64,000 nucleotides of DNA, from IMG/VR virus record IMGVR_UViG_3300033145_002422; one strand, given 5' to 3'. Below, piece after piece: positions 35,441 through 46,388 of this stretch. A program made the translations under genes and the position numbers. Position 1 is the first letter of the stretch; the number at the start of each line of letters is the position of its first letter. Source of the stretch: a virus (lineage: Duplodnaviria; Caudoviricetes). Below the pieces are notes generated by a model. The model was not told the origin of the DNA. It saw nothing but the letters and a program-made list of their open reading frames with translations, and ran no database searches.

Positions 35441-38400
35441 ATGATAAATATATTCAGTTTATTAAAAGAATCTCAAGCACAACAAATATACATACAAGGA
35501 CAGCCAGTAGATGATTTAATAGGAACTGTTCATACAATGTACGGGAGGGGCGCACCTACAGTTTATGATGATTCTGGATTTAATAAAAATGATTATGTTA
35601 ATCCTGTTTTTCAGAATATAGCAGGAATGGTTAGCGGAGATAGGATTCCAGTTCAAAATTCGATTAAAGCATTATATTTACTTGCTAAATATCAAAATAG
35701 ACAACTTCCTAATTATAATACTCTCAAATTAAATATACAAACTTTAATAAATCAGGTAACAAATGTTACGGTAGATACATCTATTCCTACTAATAAAATT
35801 ATTGCCATGGGGAATAACCAGTGGGGATTAATATTTAAGATAAATAACTTAACTAAGCAGAGAACAATAAATAAAGCTGTTAAAGAAGAGTTGTTAAGGC
35901 AGGGTAGAAGTCCGGATGAGTCTTGGAGATATTTTAGGGCGGATAGTAGTCAAGGATTAGATATTTACCAAATAAGTCCATCTGTTATATCTATTGTTGC
36001 AACTATATTGCAAAATGAGGGATATGACGTTACGGATATGATTCAGAAGCCGCAGGACCAATCACAGCAAGCTCTAAAGAGATTTGATGCAACTCTCCTA
36101 TCAGATGGTGGTGTTGAAATAGGATTCGATTATAATGCCGATTTGGTTAAATTTGTAAAAAAGGCAAGAAGAAGAAGATTTAATGGGAAAGAGAGAAGAA
36201 CTTGGACAATATATGAAGATAAGAAGTTTTTTGAAGAATTGGAAAAATATTTAAGTAGCAACGGATATGACACATCCAAATTAAAGGATATTATAAATGG
36301 TAAGGCGATTGCTGCCCCAGCAGAAGTAAGGCAAGAGAAAAAGGGAGAAGTTCTTTATTATGATATCTATGATTTGACAAATGGTATGTTTCATATATCT
36401 ATTGTTCCTACTGGTGGTTTATTGTCAAAAGATATATCTGAATTTTTAAGATTTAGTTTTCCTTATTGGGTAGGTAGAAAAAAATTTAAAGAGGCCCAGG
36501 ATCCAAATAATACAGAATTAAAAGATGCTGCAATAAGAACTGTTAATTTAAATCCAAGTTATGTTTCTATAGATTCTAGGACTGGAAAAAAATTATGGGG
36601 TCATGAAATAAGAGGATTATTTTCTGATTATTTCGCTATTGAAGGAATTATATCTAAATTCGGATATGATACAAAAGGTTTTAGAGACATCGTTATGAGT
36701 CTTTATAAAAGAGGCGTTGTTCAAAAAGATGCGATTCCAGGAGTTCTTGATGGATTTAGAAAAAAAGACCCAACTGGAGAAAGAGCATTTGCGAATGATG
36801 ATGAGGCTTTTTATAAAACTATAGATAATAACTATAAATTAAGACAAAAAGATGGAACTGAAAAAGAATTATGGCCTTTGCAAAAAGAGGGTGTGGCGTT
36901 TTTATATAGTAGAAAATCTGCTATACTTGGCGATTCGACTGGTTCTGGAAAATGTCAATCCAAAGATACTTTAGTAAACTCTAACTTGGGAGTTTTTGAG
37001 ATACAAGAGTTGTGGAATAAATATGGAAATATAGAAAATATTTATTTTATAGATAATGAAGATGAGGAGATTATATATCCCAAAGAAGAAATATTTGTTA
37101 ATTCTATTGATGATAATGGAAAAGTTGTTAAAGGAAAGGTTAATTTTCTATATAGGGAGAAATATAGAGGTAAGCTTAGAAAAATAAAGACATCGAACGG
37201 TAAAGAGATAACCGTTTCTTTTCCTCATAAATTTTTAACTCACTGTGGTTGGTCTAATAATTTGAAAGTAGGAGATATAGTTTGCTCTTCTTCTAGACAG
37301 CCGCACCTTAGCAATTCATATAGCAACATCAGTAGCGAGTTAGCTGAATTTTTGGCATGGCAAATTGCCGAGGGGCATGAAACAAAATATGGTATAAGTA
37401 TTACCCAATCAGACATAAAAGTGTTAGATAAATTAAAAGATATATTTGACAATTTTGATTTTAGAGTTAGTTATAACAAAGATAGAAAAATCAAATCTTC
37501 CATAATTAAACCTAATAACAGAACATCTTATTTATCTATATCATCTATTTCTTATAAGAAATATCTTGAATCTATAGGGTATCAATGGGGAAGAAAATCT
37601 AAAGACAAAGAAATTCCAGATTGCGTGATGATGGCTAAAGATGATATTGTTAAAATTTTTTTGAAATCGTTTTTTGATGCTGAAGGATATTGTAGCAAGA
37701 AGTCTCGTAGAATTGGTATAACATCGGCGAGTAAAAAACTAATCTTTCAATTATCTATTCTTTTGCAGAGATTTAATATTTTATGTACTTTTAGAACAAT
37801 GATGAAATGTGCTACAAATGGTACAAAGATAAAAAGACCGTATTACGAATTAAATATTATAGGTTCTGGTGTTCATAAGTTTATGGATGAGATAGGGTTC
37901 GGTTATGCATATAAGAATGATAACTTTAATAATATAAAATCAGAGACTAATTTTAATAAAGAGGGGAAGCCAGTACATATAGTTTTATCTAAATTTTTTG
38001 ATAATTATGATTTGCCGTTGAAATTGTTAAATATTCCATCAAAGAATTTTGTTATCGGTGCAAGAGGCTGGAATTCAGATACTATAAATAAAACTATAAA
38101 AAGTTTTGATTCTCTTGTTGTTGGAGATACAAAAGAAGAATATGGAAAGTTACGAAGGTCTAAATGGACGGATAAAACAACTGCTGTTCTAGAACGAATA
38201 GATAATAAATTAGTTCAGGAGATTGTTAAAGACTTATCTATTATGGCGAATAATGATTTACAGTATGAAAAGATAATTTCTATAGAAATTATAGAATATG
38301 ATGATTATATTTATGATTTAAATATAGAAAAATATCATAATTATATAGCAGAAAATCTTATTTGCCACAATACTTATGAATCCTTAGTAGCCGCTGATAT

Positions 38401-39832
38401 GAGATTGGCTATTAGCGGTGGAAAATGTTTAATTATTACACTTCCTGCGGCTATGCTTCAATGGGAAAATTCAATTAAAAATCTTAAGGGAGATAATGAA
38501 TTGATATCTTATGATGTTACAAATGGTTCTAAATGGACAATATTATCATATAATAATTTAACTAATGCATCTAAGGCCGATCCGAATAACCCAAAAATAA
38601 GAAAAAGGGATATATTAATAGATAATATAAAGAAGGTTGGTGGATTTACAACATTAATTATTGATGAATGTCATATGGTAAAAAATAATGCCATACAGAC
38701 AAGAAATATAATGGCAGTGGCAGAAGGTATACCTTATGTTTGGGGATTGAGTGCAACAATTATTGCCAATAAACCTATTGATGCTTACAGGCAATTAAAA
38801 GTTATAGGTCATAGATTGGGGCAATTACCATTAAAGATATTTAAAGAACATTTTGGTGGATTTGTTAGAATTAAGGGGAAAACTAGAAGAGGTAAATTAG
38901 AGAAGGGCGATGAATCTCAGATACTTAAAGCTGCATCTCAGTTAAGAAAATGGCTTACTCTTTCAGGAGTATATATTAAGAGAAGTAAGAGAGATATTAA
39001 TCCAGATCTTCCAAATCATATTATTCAAGATAATGAGGTAAATGTAGATACAAAGGCTTTATTCGCAGATATCGCCAAGAGGATGCAAAATTATACCAAT
39101 CCGGCATTAGTCGTTTCTCAGATGCAAGCCCAAAGAACAGAACTTGCTAAAATAAAAGTTTCTTTTAGTTTGGATCTAGCTAAAAGCGTTTTAATGCAAG
39201 GTAAAAAAGTAATAGTATTTACATGCTTTAAAGATTCTGCGGAAATGCTAATGAGTGGTTTACAAAAGATTATAAATGATGAGGTAGAAGAGGGTGGGGT
39301 AGTTCTTGGTTATTTAGGTGGAGTTCCGCAGGCAACCAGAGATAGTTATAAGGCATTAATGCAAGACCAAAAAAGTCCGGCGAAAGCTATGGTTATAAGT
39401 ATACTGGCTGGTGGAACTGGATTGGATTTGCCAAATGTTGTTGATGATGTTATTATAAATGATTTTAGTTGGACTCCAAAAGATGCTGAACAATCAGAAG
39501 GTAGGGCATTTAGAATTACAAGTGAAAATGATGTTACCACGACTTATGTTGTTGCAGCGAATAGTCCAGATCAAGAATTTTATGACTATGTACAAATTAA
39601 GAAAAATTTATCTCAAATGATTGGGAATCTTACAAGCCTTGAATCTCAGCTTGTTATGCAGGGTAAAAAACCAGTTGATGTCCAAAAGCAAATAGAAGAG
39701 TTGCAGAAGAAAGATCAGAGTTTAGATGTTGGTATATTAGATTATGTTAAAAAGTTTATGGGAAGTTTAACAGGAGTTGGTAATAAATTATCTAGTGACA
39801 AGTTTAATATGAAGCAATATAAAATTAGTTAA
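35441..39832 (+). CDS. SNF2/SF2 helicase with LAGLIDADG intein
   Basis: LWPLQKEGV, GDSTGSGK|T Walker A, IIDECH, LSAT, GTGLDL, QSEGRAFR. Confidence 0.9.
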   Translation: MINIFSLLKESQAQQIYIQGQPVDDLIGTVHTMYGRGAPTVYDDSGFNKNDYVNPVFQNIAGMVSGDRIPVQNSIKALYLLAKYQNRQLPNYNTLKLNIQTLINQVTNVTVDTSIPTNKIIAMGNNQWGLIFKINNLTKQRTINKAVKEELLRQGRSPDESWRYFRADSSQGLDIYQISPSVISIVATILQNEGYDVTDMIQKPQDQSQQALKRFDATLLSDGGVEIGFDYNADLVKFVKKARRRRFNGKERRTWTIYEDKKFFEELEKYLSSNGYDTSKLKDIINGKAIAAPAEVRQEKKGEVLYYDIYDLTNGMFHISIVPTGGLLSKDISEFLRFSFPYWVGRKKFKEAQDPNNTELKDAAIRTVNLNPSYVSIDSRTGKKLWGHEIRGLFSDYFAIEGIISKFGYDTKGFRDIVMSLYKRGVVQKDAIPGVLDGFRKKDPTGERAFANDDEAFYKTIDNNYKLRQKDGTEKELWPLQKEGVAFLYSRKSAILGDSTGSGKCQSKDTLVNSNLGVFEIQELWNKYGNIENIYFIDNEDEEIIYPKEEIFVNSIDDNGKVVKGKVNFLYREKYRGKLRKIKTSNGKEITVSFPHKFLTHCGWSNNLKVGDIVCSSSRQPHLSNSYSNISSELAEFLAWQIAEGHETKYGISITQSDIKVLDKLKDIFDNFDFRVSYNKDRKIKSSIIKPNNRTSYLSISSISYKKYLESIGYQWGRKSKDKEIPDCVMMAKDDIVKIFLKSFFDAEGYCSKKSRRIGITSASKKLIFQLSILLQRFNILCTFRTMMKCATNGTKIKRPYYELNIIGSGVHKFMDEIGFGYAYKNDNFNNIKSETNFNKEGKPVHIVLSKFFDNYDLPLKLLNIPSKNFVIGARGWNSDTINKTIKSFDSLVVGDTKEEYGKLRRSKWTDKTTAVLERIDNKLVQEIVKDLSIMANNDLQYEKIISIEIIEYDDYIYDLNIEKYHNYIAENLICHNTYESLVAADMRLAISGGKCLIITLPAAMLQWENSIKNLKGDNELISYDVTNGSKWTILSYNNLTNASKADPNNPKIRKRDILIDNIKKVGGFTTLIIDECHMVKNNAIQTRNIMAVAEGIPYVWGLSATIIANKPIDAYRQLKVIGHRLGQLPLKIFKEHFGGFVRIKGKTRRGKLEKGDESQILKAASQLRKWLTLSGVYIKRSKRDINPDLPNHIIQDNEVNVDTKALFADIAKRMQNYTNPALVVSQMQAQRTELAKIKVSFSLDLAKSVLMQGKKVIVFTCFKDSAEMLMSGLQKIINDEVEEGGVVLGYLGGVPQATRDSYKALMQDQKSPAKAMVISILAGGTGLDLPNVVDDVIINDFSWTPKDAEQSEGRAFRITSENDVTTTYVVAANSPDQEFYDYVQIKKNLSQMIGNLTSLESQLVMQGKKPVDVQKQIEELQKKDQSLDVGILDYVKKFMGSLTGVGNKLSSDKFNMKQYKIS
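36953..38371 (+). mobile_element. intein (473 aa) with LAGLIDADG endonuclease in helicase Walker A
   Basis: K|CQSKDT...ENLICHN|T; FLAWQIAEG and FFDAEG blocks. Confidence 0.92.
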
Positions 39833-40668
39833 AGTTGTCCAAGTTCTTTTGCGTATTGAAGCATAGATTTTTGATTTGTATTCATTCTTGGTTTAATGCC
39901 TCTTAATCCTTTCTTAAGACTATTGTATTGTGGATGATTGATATATGCTTTTGCAGCAGCGGCCCAATTTCCGGAGTTTATTAAATCAGTAATTTTTTTA
40001 CGATTTCCTTTTGGAAAAAGATCGCCCCTATAGACCGCATTAACTAATGCTATTTGAACATATTGTGGATATGAACCAAAGTTTGGTAATGAATCTTTTG
40101 CTCTATTAATATGCTTGTCTAAATCATATTCATAAAATAATTTATACATTTGATCTTCCGTTAGTTTTTTCTTTTTATCGATTATGTCATTGTATTCTTG
40201 ATTGGATATTCCTAAAACTTTATTAAATATAGAACGTGACTCAGGGATTATAAGATGCCCTATTCCTATGGTCGGTTTTCCAATTCCATCATTATATACT
40301 CTCAAACTTTTTCCTTCGTATGGTATTAAATTTTCAGCAAATGGTTTATAATTTTGAGAAATATTTGTTTTTTCTACAGGTATTTCTTCTTTAGCACCTG
40401 GAATCTCTTTTATTTTATTTTCGGCATATGGAAGGCTTCTTTGTACAAGTGGTATTTTTTTTTCAGAAATCATTGTTTGAAGCTGTTGTTTGATGACTAC
40501 GGGGTTATTATTGTGTTTTTCTGCAATTTTATTTGCTTCTTGTGGAGAAATTCCGAGGTATACTAGCATAGGAATTAATGGGATCATAATTGGAAGAAGG
40601 AATTTTCCCCAATCCCATGAATATTTGTATAGGTAACATTCGTATTGACTTTGTTTGTACCAGTTCAT
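39829..40668 (-). CDS. MNWYK-tagged GH24 (T4-like) lysozyme with N-terminal hydrophobic segment
   Basis: YEGKSLRVYNDGIGKPTIGIGHLI (E-8-D-5-T triad). Confidence 0.85.
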   Translation of the reverse strand: MNWYKQSQYECYLYKYSWDWGKFLLPIMIPLIPMLVYLGISPQEANKIAEKHNNNPVVIKQQLQTMISEKKIPLVQRSLPYAENKIKEIPGAKEEIPVEKTNISQNYKPFAENLIPYEGKSLRVYNDGIGKPTIGIGHLIIPESRSIFNKVLGISNQEYNDIIDKKKKLTEDQMYKLFYEYDLDKHINRAKDSLPNFGSYPQYVQIALVNAVYRGDLFPKGNRKKITDLINSGNWAAAAKAYINHPQYNSLKKGLRGIKPRMNTNQKSMLQYAKELGQL

Positions 40669-40765
40669 TTTTTTATTGCTTTTTTTATTTTTTATAGTAT
40701 AATAACCAATAATAATACTTTATACAATTGTCATTAGAATCCTTTTTATTATTTTAGGAGGAGTT

Positions 40766-41080
40766 ATGGAATTAGATCAAGAGTTAAAAAACTTAGCATT
40801 GGATTGGGCAGAAAAGGTTTATATAAATATTTATATGGCTCTTACAAATCCAGAAAAATCAATATCTGGTAATGAATTAAAAATTTATGAAGAGTTTAAA
40901 GCTTGGGGATTTTTTGATAAATGCCCATTAGATAATGAGGATATAGAGTTTTCTCATACTTTATTTATTACAATTTTGGCTAGGGAAAAATATAATCAAT
41001 TAAAACATGAGAAAGATTATCCACAGCCAAGAAAAAAGTCGAAGTGGGAAGTAGTTACTGGAAAAGTACCAAAGAGATAG
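40766..41080 (+). CDS. hypothetical protein
   Basis: AGGAGG RBS. Confidence 0.65.
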   Translation: MELDQELKNLALDWAEKVYINIYMALTNPEKSISGNELKIYEEFKAWGFFDKCPLDNEDIEFSHTLFITILAREKYNQLKHEKDYPQPRKKSKWEVVTGKVPKR

Positions 41081-41159
41081 TTAAAATAGTTTAATTAAGT
41101 GTTAATATAATGTTATATAATACATAGGGAATATTGTTTTTTTATATAGGAGATTTTTT

Positions 41160-41984
41160 ATGTCAACCGAAGAAAAGTTGACGCAGCTATGGAAGAAATA
41201 TAGAAAATGTCATGATTTGAAAAGTAAAAATGAATTAGTAGAACATTATTATTTTCTTGTTGAAAAGATATCAGCTAATTTGGAGAGGTCTTTTAAGTAT
41301 AAAATATCAAAATACGAATTGGCATCTCATGGAGTAGACGGCTTATATAAGGCTATAGAAAGATTTGATCTTGATCGTAAAATAAAGTTTGAAACATATG
41401 CTCCTCAAAGAATAAGTGGGTCAATGATTGATGGATTAAGATCTGAAGATTGGGTTCCAAGGAGTGTTCGTTTAAGATACTCTGCAATAAATAAGGCAAA
41501 AGAGGTTTTAGAAACTAAGTCCGGTAATAGAATAGATGATGTTGAAGCGGCAAAACATGCAGGGTTTTGTGAAGAAGATTTTGTAAAAAATAAGAAAAAG
41601 TTTATGCCTATTTCTCTTTCTAGTATAGAAGAATGTTCTTCTGAATTTGGTATTAACAATTCCAAGAAAGATTTTAATATATTTTTAAAATCTACTTCTG
41701 TTTCTTCTCCAGATAGCAAAATATTAAGAAAAGAGTTTTTTAATAAGTTATTAGGAAAGAGTTTTTCTCAAAGAGAAAGGAAGATAATATATTATTATTT
41801 TTATGAAGAATTATCGATGGGAGAGATTTCAGAAAAATTAGAATTGTCAGAATCAAGAGTAAGTCAAATGCTAAAGAAGCTTATAGGTAAATTAAAATTG
41901 AGAACAGAATTAAATCCTAACTATTTTAGAAAGGATATACTTTCTATAATTGAAGAATGTAATGATAGGGATTCTTTATTTTAA
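41160..41984 (+). CDS. fliA: FliA/WhiG (sigma-28) family RNA polymerase sigma factor
   Basis: GLYKAIERFD...KFETYA..RISGSMIDGLRSEDWVPRSVR; region 4 SMGEISEKLELSESRVSQM. Confidence 0.9.
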   Translation: MSTEEKLTQLWKKYRKCHDLKSKNELVEHYYFLVEKISANLERSFKYKISKYELASHGVDGLYKAIERFDLDRKIKFETYAPQRISGSMIDGLRSEDWVPRSVRLRYSAINKAKEVLETKSGNRIDDVEAAKHAGFCEEDFVKNKKKFMPISLSSIEECSSEFGINNSKKDFNIFLKSTSVSSPDSKILRKEFFNKLLGKSFSQRERKIIYYYFYEELSMGEISEKLELSESRVSQMLKKLIGKLKLRTELNPNYFRKDILSIIEECNDRDSLF

Positions 41985-42016
41985 AAGACGAATTACTAAA
42001 AGAAAGGAATTAATAA

Positions 42017-42601
42017 ATGGGAAATTTAAATGAATATACTTTAGTTTTAAATAAAGGATGGACTCCGGTAGCTGTTACGAGAGTTAAAGATGCATTAATA
42101 AAATTATTTAATAATTCAGCAAAAATAGTAGATGAGAGTAACTATGAAACGTTTACTTGGGATGAATGGGTTGATAAATATTCATTTTTTCTTGATGATA
42201 CTAGTAAAGATGATGATTTTAATTTTGTGTTTTCTCAGAGATTGAAAATAAGAGTCCCTGAAGTTATTGTTTTGAATAACTATAGCAAGATACCAGAGAG
42301 AAAAATGAGATTGACAAGAAAGAACTTGCTTTTAAGAGATAGATATAAATGTCAATATACTGGAAAAAAGCTAAATGCTGATAATGCAACTATAGATCAT
42401 ATTCTTCCTCAAAGCAGAGGAGGGAAAAGTGTTTGGGAGAATGTTGTTATATGTTCGCCAGATGTAAATACTAAAAAGGCAAATAAAACTCCTAATGAAG
42501 CTGGAATTAAATTATTAAAAAATCCTCATCAACCAATTTGGCATCCTCTTTTTGCTGTTTCAAATAAAAAAAAGTTAGATTCTTGGAAAAAGTTTTTATA
42601 A
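42017..42601 (+). CDS. McrA-type HNH endonuclease
   Basis: LVLNKGW...RDRYKCQYTG...TIDHILPQSRGG...WENVV..N.KK. Confidence 0.88.
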   Translation: MGNLNEYTLVLNKGWTPVAVTRVKDALIKLFNNSAKIVDESNYETFTWDEWVDKYSFFLDDTSKDDDFNFVFSQRLKIRVPEVIVLNNYSKIPERKMRLTRKNLLLRDRYKCQYTGKKLNADNATIDHILPQSRGGKSVWENVVICSPDVNTKKANKTPNEAGIKLLKNPHQPIWHPLFAVSNKKKLDSWKKFL

Positions 42602-42615
42602 AGTAGAAATAATAA

Positions 42616-43314
42616 ATGATATATAAAAGATTAAAGCATAATTCTATTAAGTCCAGAATAAAACCCAAAAAATGGACTAAGGTTCTTTTGAATGAGCCAT
42701 GCTTTATTCTGGGAAATGGACCATCTTTAACAGATGGTAACATACATGTTTTACAAGATAAATATTTTACTATTGGTATAAATAGTTCTTGCGATTTATT
42801 TGATTCTACTATATTAATGTGGCAGGATATAGAATTTTTTTATTCTAAGAGAAAAGTTTTACCTAATTTAAAGTCTATTCTTTTTTGTAGAGATTCTTCA
42901 GACCCTATGAATTTAGCATATCATTTTTCTTTAGAGAGTGGTGGTTTTCATGTTCCAAGAAATGCTTCTGTATTAATGGGCAGGGGATCGACCGGCCCTC
43001 TCGCTTTTCAATTGGCATATGTTCTTGGATGTGATCCAATAGTTTTATTGGGTTTTGATTGTAGGAATAGAGACGGTAAAACAGATTTTTATGGTGTAAA
43101 TAAGTTTCATAAGCCTCATACTATGAATTCTTGTCGAAGGGGATTAAAATGGGTTAGAGATTGTCAACATGATAGAAAAATTATTAATTGTTCAGATAAT
43201 TCTGTTTTTACAGAAAGTTTAAAATTAACAGATGTTGTAGAAGAGTTAAGTAAAGATTATCCATATAGAACAAGAAAATATTTTAATGCGAAGTTAATAG
43301 ATGAATTAGAGTGA
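42616..43314 (+). CDS. Maf/DUF115-like protein
   Basis: FILGNGPSL...TIGIN...LGCDPIVLLGFD. Confidence 0.7.
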   Translation: MIYKRLKHNSIKSRIKPKKWTKVLLNEPCFILGNGPSLTDGNIHVLQDKYFTIGINSSCDLFDSTILMWQDIEFFYSKRKVLPNLKSILFCRDSSDPMNLAYHFSLESGGFHVPRNASVLMGRGSTGPLAFQLAYVLGCDPIVLLGFDCRNRDGKTDFYGVNKFHKPHTMNSCRRGLKWVRDCQHDRKIINCSDNSVFTESLKLTDVVEELSKDYPYRTRKYFNAKLIDELE

Positions 43315-43356
43315 TGATAAAATTGTTATAATAGTTTTTAGAAATAGGAGGAAGTT

Positions 43357-44223
43357 ATGAAAGAACTGAGACGTGGGCAAGGGAATAGTAGTAATAGTTT
43401 AAATGAGAATGAGAGTGGACTTTATAAGATAAAACCATCATTGTATGAAACAAACAATTCTGAAGAATTAGGTCCACCGATTTCTGATGAAGAGAGACTA
43501 GTTAAAGTAACAAATATGAATATAGGGCAATTATATAGATTGTTTGATGGGTCTAATTATAGTTATCAAAGATTTGTTTTGAAAAAGTTTTTTGGAAATT
43601 CTGACTTTTCTTCTATACAAGAAGAGGTTTGTTTTTATAGAAACAATGTTTTGCAATTTGTTCAAAGCAAATTTTTTAAGTCGAATGGATATAAGATTGT
43701 AGCAGAATTGCCATCGAGTAGAAATAACGGTTCAATTCCAAAGAAATCTTCTGTTCAATGCGATATTAATAAGCGTTTTATAGTATATGCTGATGCTTTG
43801 GTTTTTTATGAGAATGATAAGTCTGAAAAGATAGTAATATCCTTTTCTTTGGATTCGTATTCCGGTCAAACATTTTACGAGTTATTTTCTTCTACCGATC
43901 CAGATGTACTTTGGCAGGAATGGCAAGAGTATGGTAAGAAAAACAATCTATATAAGAATAAAAAGATAGATGCTAATTGTGGTTTTCTTAAGATAGATAA
44001 GAAAATCACATGGGGAGATATTATTTTAACAGATAAATTCATAGACATAATAAAATCTAATGTGTTGAATATATTTTCAATGAGAGATCTTCTGGAAAAA
44101 AATAAAATATCTTTGAAGAGAGGAATAATATTTTCTGGAAAACCGGGATGTGTTATAAAAGGAACTAAAATAAAAATTAGAAAGAAAAAAGAAAAAGGAA
44201 GGCACAATATTATATACGAATAA
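43357..44223 (+). CDS. AAA+ ATPase N-part fused to 24-aa split-intein N-fragment
   Basis: KRGIIFSGKPG|CVIKGTKIKIRKKKEKGRHNIIYE*; IntN 44149-44220. Confidence 0.88.
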   Translation: MKELRRGQGNSSNSLNENESGLYKIKPSLYETNNSEELGPPISDEERLVKVTNMNIGQLYRLFDGSNYSYQRFVLKKFFGNSDFSSIQEEVCFYRNNVLQFVQSKFFKSNGYKIVAELPSSRNNGSIPKKSSVQCDINKRFIVYADALVFYENDKSEKIVISFSLDSYSGQTFYELFSSTDPDVLWQEWQEYGKKNNLYKNKKIDANCGFLKIDKKITWGDIILTDKFIDIIKSNVLNIFSMRDLLEKNKISLKRGIIFSGKPGCVIKGTKIKIRKKKEKGRHNIIYE

Positions 44224-44280
44224 TATTATATAGTCCTAATACAGGTAGTTTGAACAATTTTATACCTCTGGAGATATAAT

Positions 44281-45318
44281 ATGAAAGAGAAATTATTTTT
44301 TAGAAATTGCCCAGCATGTAATGTTAAAATGGGATATACAACAAAAAAAGAATGCTTTAAAGCAGAAAAAAATAATAGTTTTTGTAAAAAATGCAGGAAA
44401 TTAAAATTAGAGATAAGCAAAAATGAAAAATGTTTTTTCAGAGAATGTTATGTTTGTGGTAGGAAAGTTGGATATACTAACAAAAAGAACATGAATAGGG
44501 CCAAGAAGATTAATCGCCCTTGTGCAAGTTGTGTATCTAAGGGTGTTCAAAATAGACCTGATATAATAAAGAGAAAATCACTATATGCAATTGCCCATTC
44601 TTTAGGAGAGCTTAATCCTTTTTATGGTAGGCATCATACAGAAAGTTCAAAAAATAAAATAAGAAATAATGTAGATAGATCCTTTTCACAAACTAAAGAA
44701 TTTAGGGAAAAGTCTGCTAGAAAAGGTATTAAAAATGGTATGTATGGAATATCTTATTACGATGTTTGGGTTGTTAAATATGGAGAAGAAGAAGCTAATA
44801 AAAAGTTGATAGATCTTAAAAAGAGAAAATCTATTCAGACATCAGGAAAAAATAATCCTATGTATGGAAGGAAATCTCCTGTAGGATCTGGAAATGGATG
44901 GAGTGGATGGTATAAGGGTTGGTATTTTAGAAGTTTAAAAGAATTATCATATATGATATATGTTATTGAAAAAAATAGGTATAAATGGATTAGTGCGGAG
45001 ACTAAAGAATTAAGAATTCCATATATAGATTATAACGGAAAAGATAAAACATATGTAGCTGATTTTTTTATTAATAATTCTATTCTTGTGGAAGTTAAAC
45101 CAAAGCAATTAATGGGAACTATTAACAATAGGTTAAAAAAAGAGGCTGCTATAAAGTTTTGTAAAATTTTTGGATACAAATATGTTATGGTTGATGTAAA
45201 ACTTATAGAAGTATCTATTTTGATTGATTTGTATAAAAATGGTCAAGTTGTATTAATTGAAAAGTATAATAAGAAATTGGAGAAAATAATATGCAAATTG
45301 GAGAAGAAAAAGAAGTAG
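44281..45318 (+). CDS. free-standing homing endonuclease (NUMOD3 repeats + TnsA-like PD-(D/E)xK)
   Basis: NPFYGRHHT, NPMYGRK; FRSLKEL...IPY...YVADF...VEVKP. Confidence 0.8.
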   Translation: MKEKLFFRNCPACNVKMGYTTKKECFKAEKNNSFCKKCRKLKLEISKNEKCFFRECYVCGRKVGYTNKKNMNRAKKINRPCASCVSKGVQNRPDIIKRKSLYAIAHSLGELNPFYGRHHTESSKNKIRNNVDRSFSQTKEFREKSARKGIKNGMYGISYYDVWVVKYGEEEANKKLIDLKKRKSIQTSGKNNPMYGRKSPVGSGNGWSGWYKGWYFRSLKELSYMIYVIEKNRYKWISAETKELRIPYIDYNGKDKTYVADFFINNSILVEVKPKQLMGTINNRLKKEAAIKFCKIFGYKYVMVDVKLIEVSILIDLYKNGQVVLIEKYNKKLEKIICKLEKKKK

Positions 45319-46322
45319 AAATTCAGGATTTATTTGTTTTTGCGCAAGATGATGGAATATATGAGATAGAAACTCCCCAAGGATGGGTTGAGATAGGTGA
45401 TTTAATTATGAAGCGTGATAAAGATTGTTATTTAATTAGAACTAATTCTGGAAAAGAATTGGGAGGTTCTTCGGATCATTATGTAGAGACAACTAATGGT
45501 TGGGAAAAGCTAGAAGATATAAATGTTCAAAATACTACAGTATATACATCATCAGGTGAAGATGATATAGTTTCTAAAGAATATATAGGTAAAGATGATA
45601 CTTATGATTTAGAAGTAAAAAATAATGATCATAAATATTATGCGAATGGGATCGTTTCCCACAATACCGGCAAGACTATGTTGTGTAAAATTCTTGCTAA
45701 GGAGGTAGATGCTACTGTAATTTATGTTCTTCCATCTCATGTTAAGCAGTTATTTGATATATCAAGAATATGTGATATGGCAAGAGAACTTGCTCCATCT
45801 TTAATAATTATAGAAGATATAGATTTTTTGACAAAAGACAGAACAGGAGGAAATAATTGGTCTGTTGTAGAACTTATGAATCAAATGGATGGTATAGAAG
45901 ATTTTAAAGATATTATTACATTGGCTACAACTAATATGGTTGATGATATAGAGAAGGCTATTAAGAATAGGCCAGGAAGATTCGATAGAGTTATAGATAT
46001 TCCTTCGCCAGATCTCAAGACGAGAATTAGAATGTTTAATAGATTTTGTGTTAATTTTAATATAGGTAAAGATGTAGATTTTAGTAAAATAGCTAAAGAA
46101 ACGAATAATGCAACAGGAGCCTATATAAAAGATGTATGTATTACCGCTGCATTTATCGCTATACAGGATGGTAGCGTGAATAAGAATGGAAAGGTTATTA
46201 TTTTTAATAAACATTTTAATGAATCTTTGAGAGAAATAAAAGATAAGGATTTTAGTCGTTTTTCTGAAGTAACTAATTCAAAGAGATCTATAGGATTTGG
46301 TGATTCTCCTAAATCTGATTAA
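45291..46322 (+). CDS. split-intein C-fragment (125 aa) fused to AAA+ ATPase C-part
   Basis: SSDH block B, TYDLEV...YYANGIVSHN|TGKT; Walker B IIIEDID; LATTN; RPGRFDR. Confidence 0.9.
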   Translation: MQIGEEKEVEIQDLFVFAQDDGIYEIETPQGWVEIGDLIMKRDKDCYLIRTNSGKELGGSSDHYVETTNGWEKLEDINVQNTTVYTSSGEDDIVSKEYIGKDDTYDLEVKNNDHKYYANGIVSHNTGKTMLCKILAKEVDATVIYVLPSHVKQLFDISRICDMARELAPSLIIIEDIDFLTKDRTGGNNWSVVELMNQMDGIEDFKDIITLATTNMVDDIEKAIKNRPGRFDRVIDIPSPDLKTRIRMFNRFCVNFNIGKDVDFSKIAKETNNATGAYIKDVCITAAFIAIQDGSVNKNGKVIIFNKHFNESLREIKDKDFSRFSEVTNSKRSIGFGDSPKSD

Positions 46323-46388
46323 TTTTTTTAAAGATTTATTTTTATACTATTATAATATATGTTTTAATAATTTAAGAGGGAAAAAATA

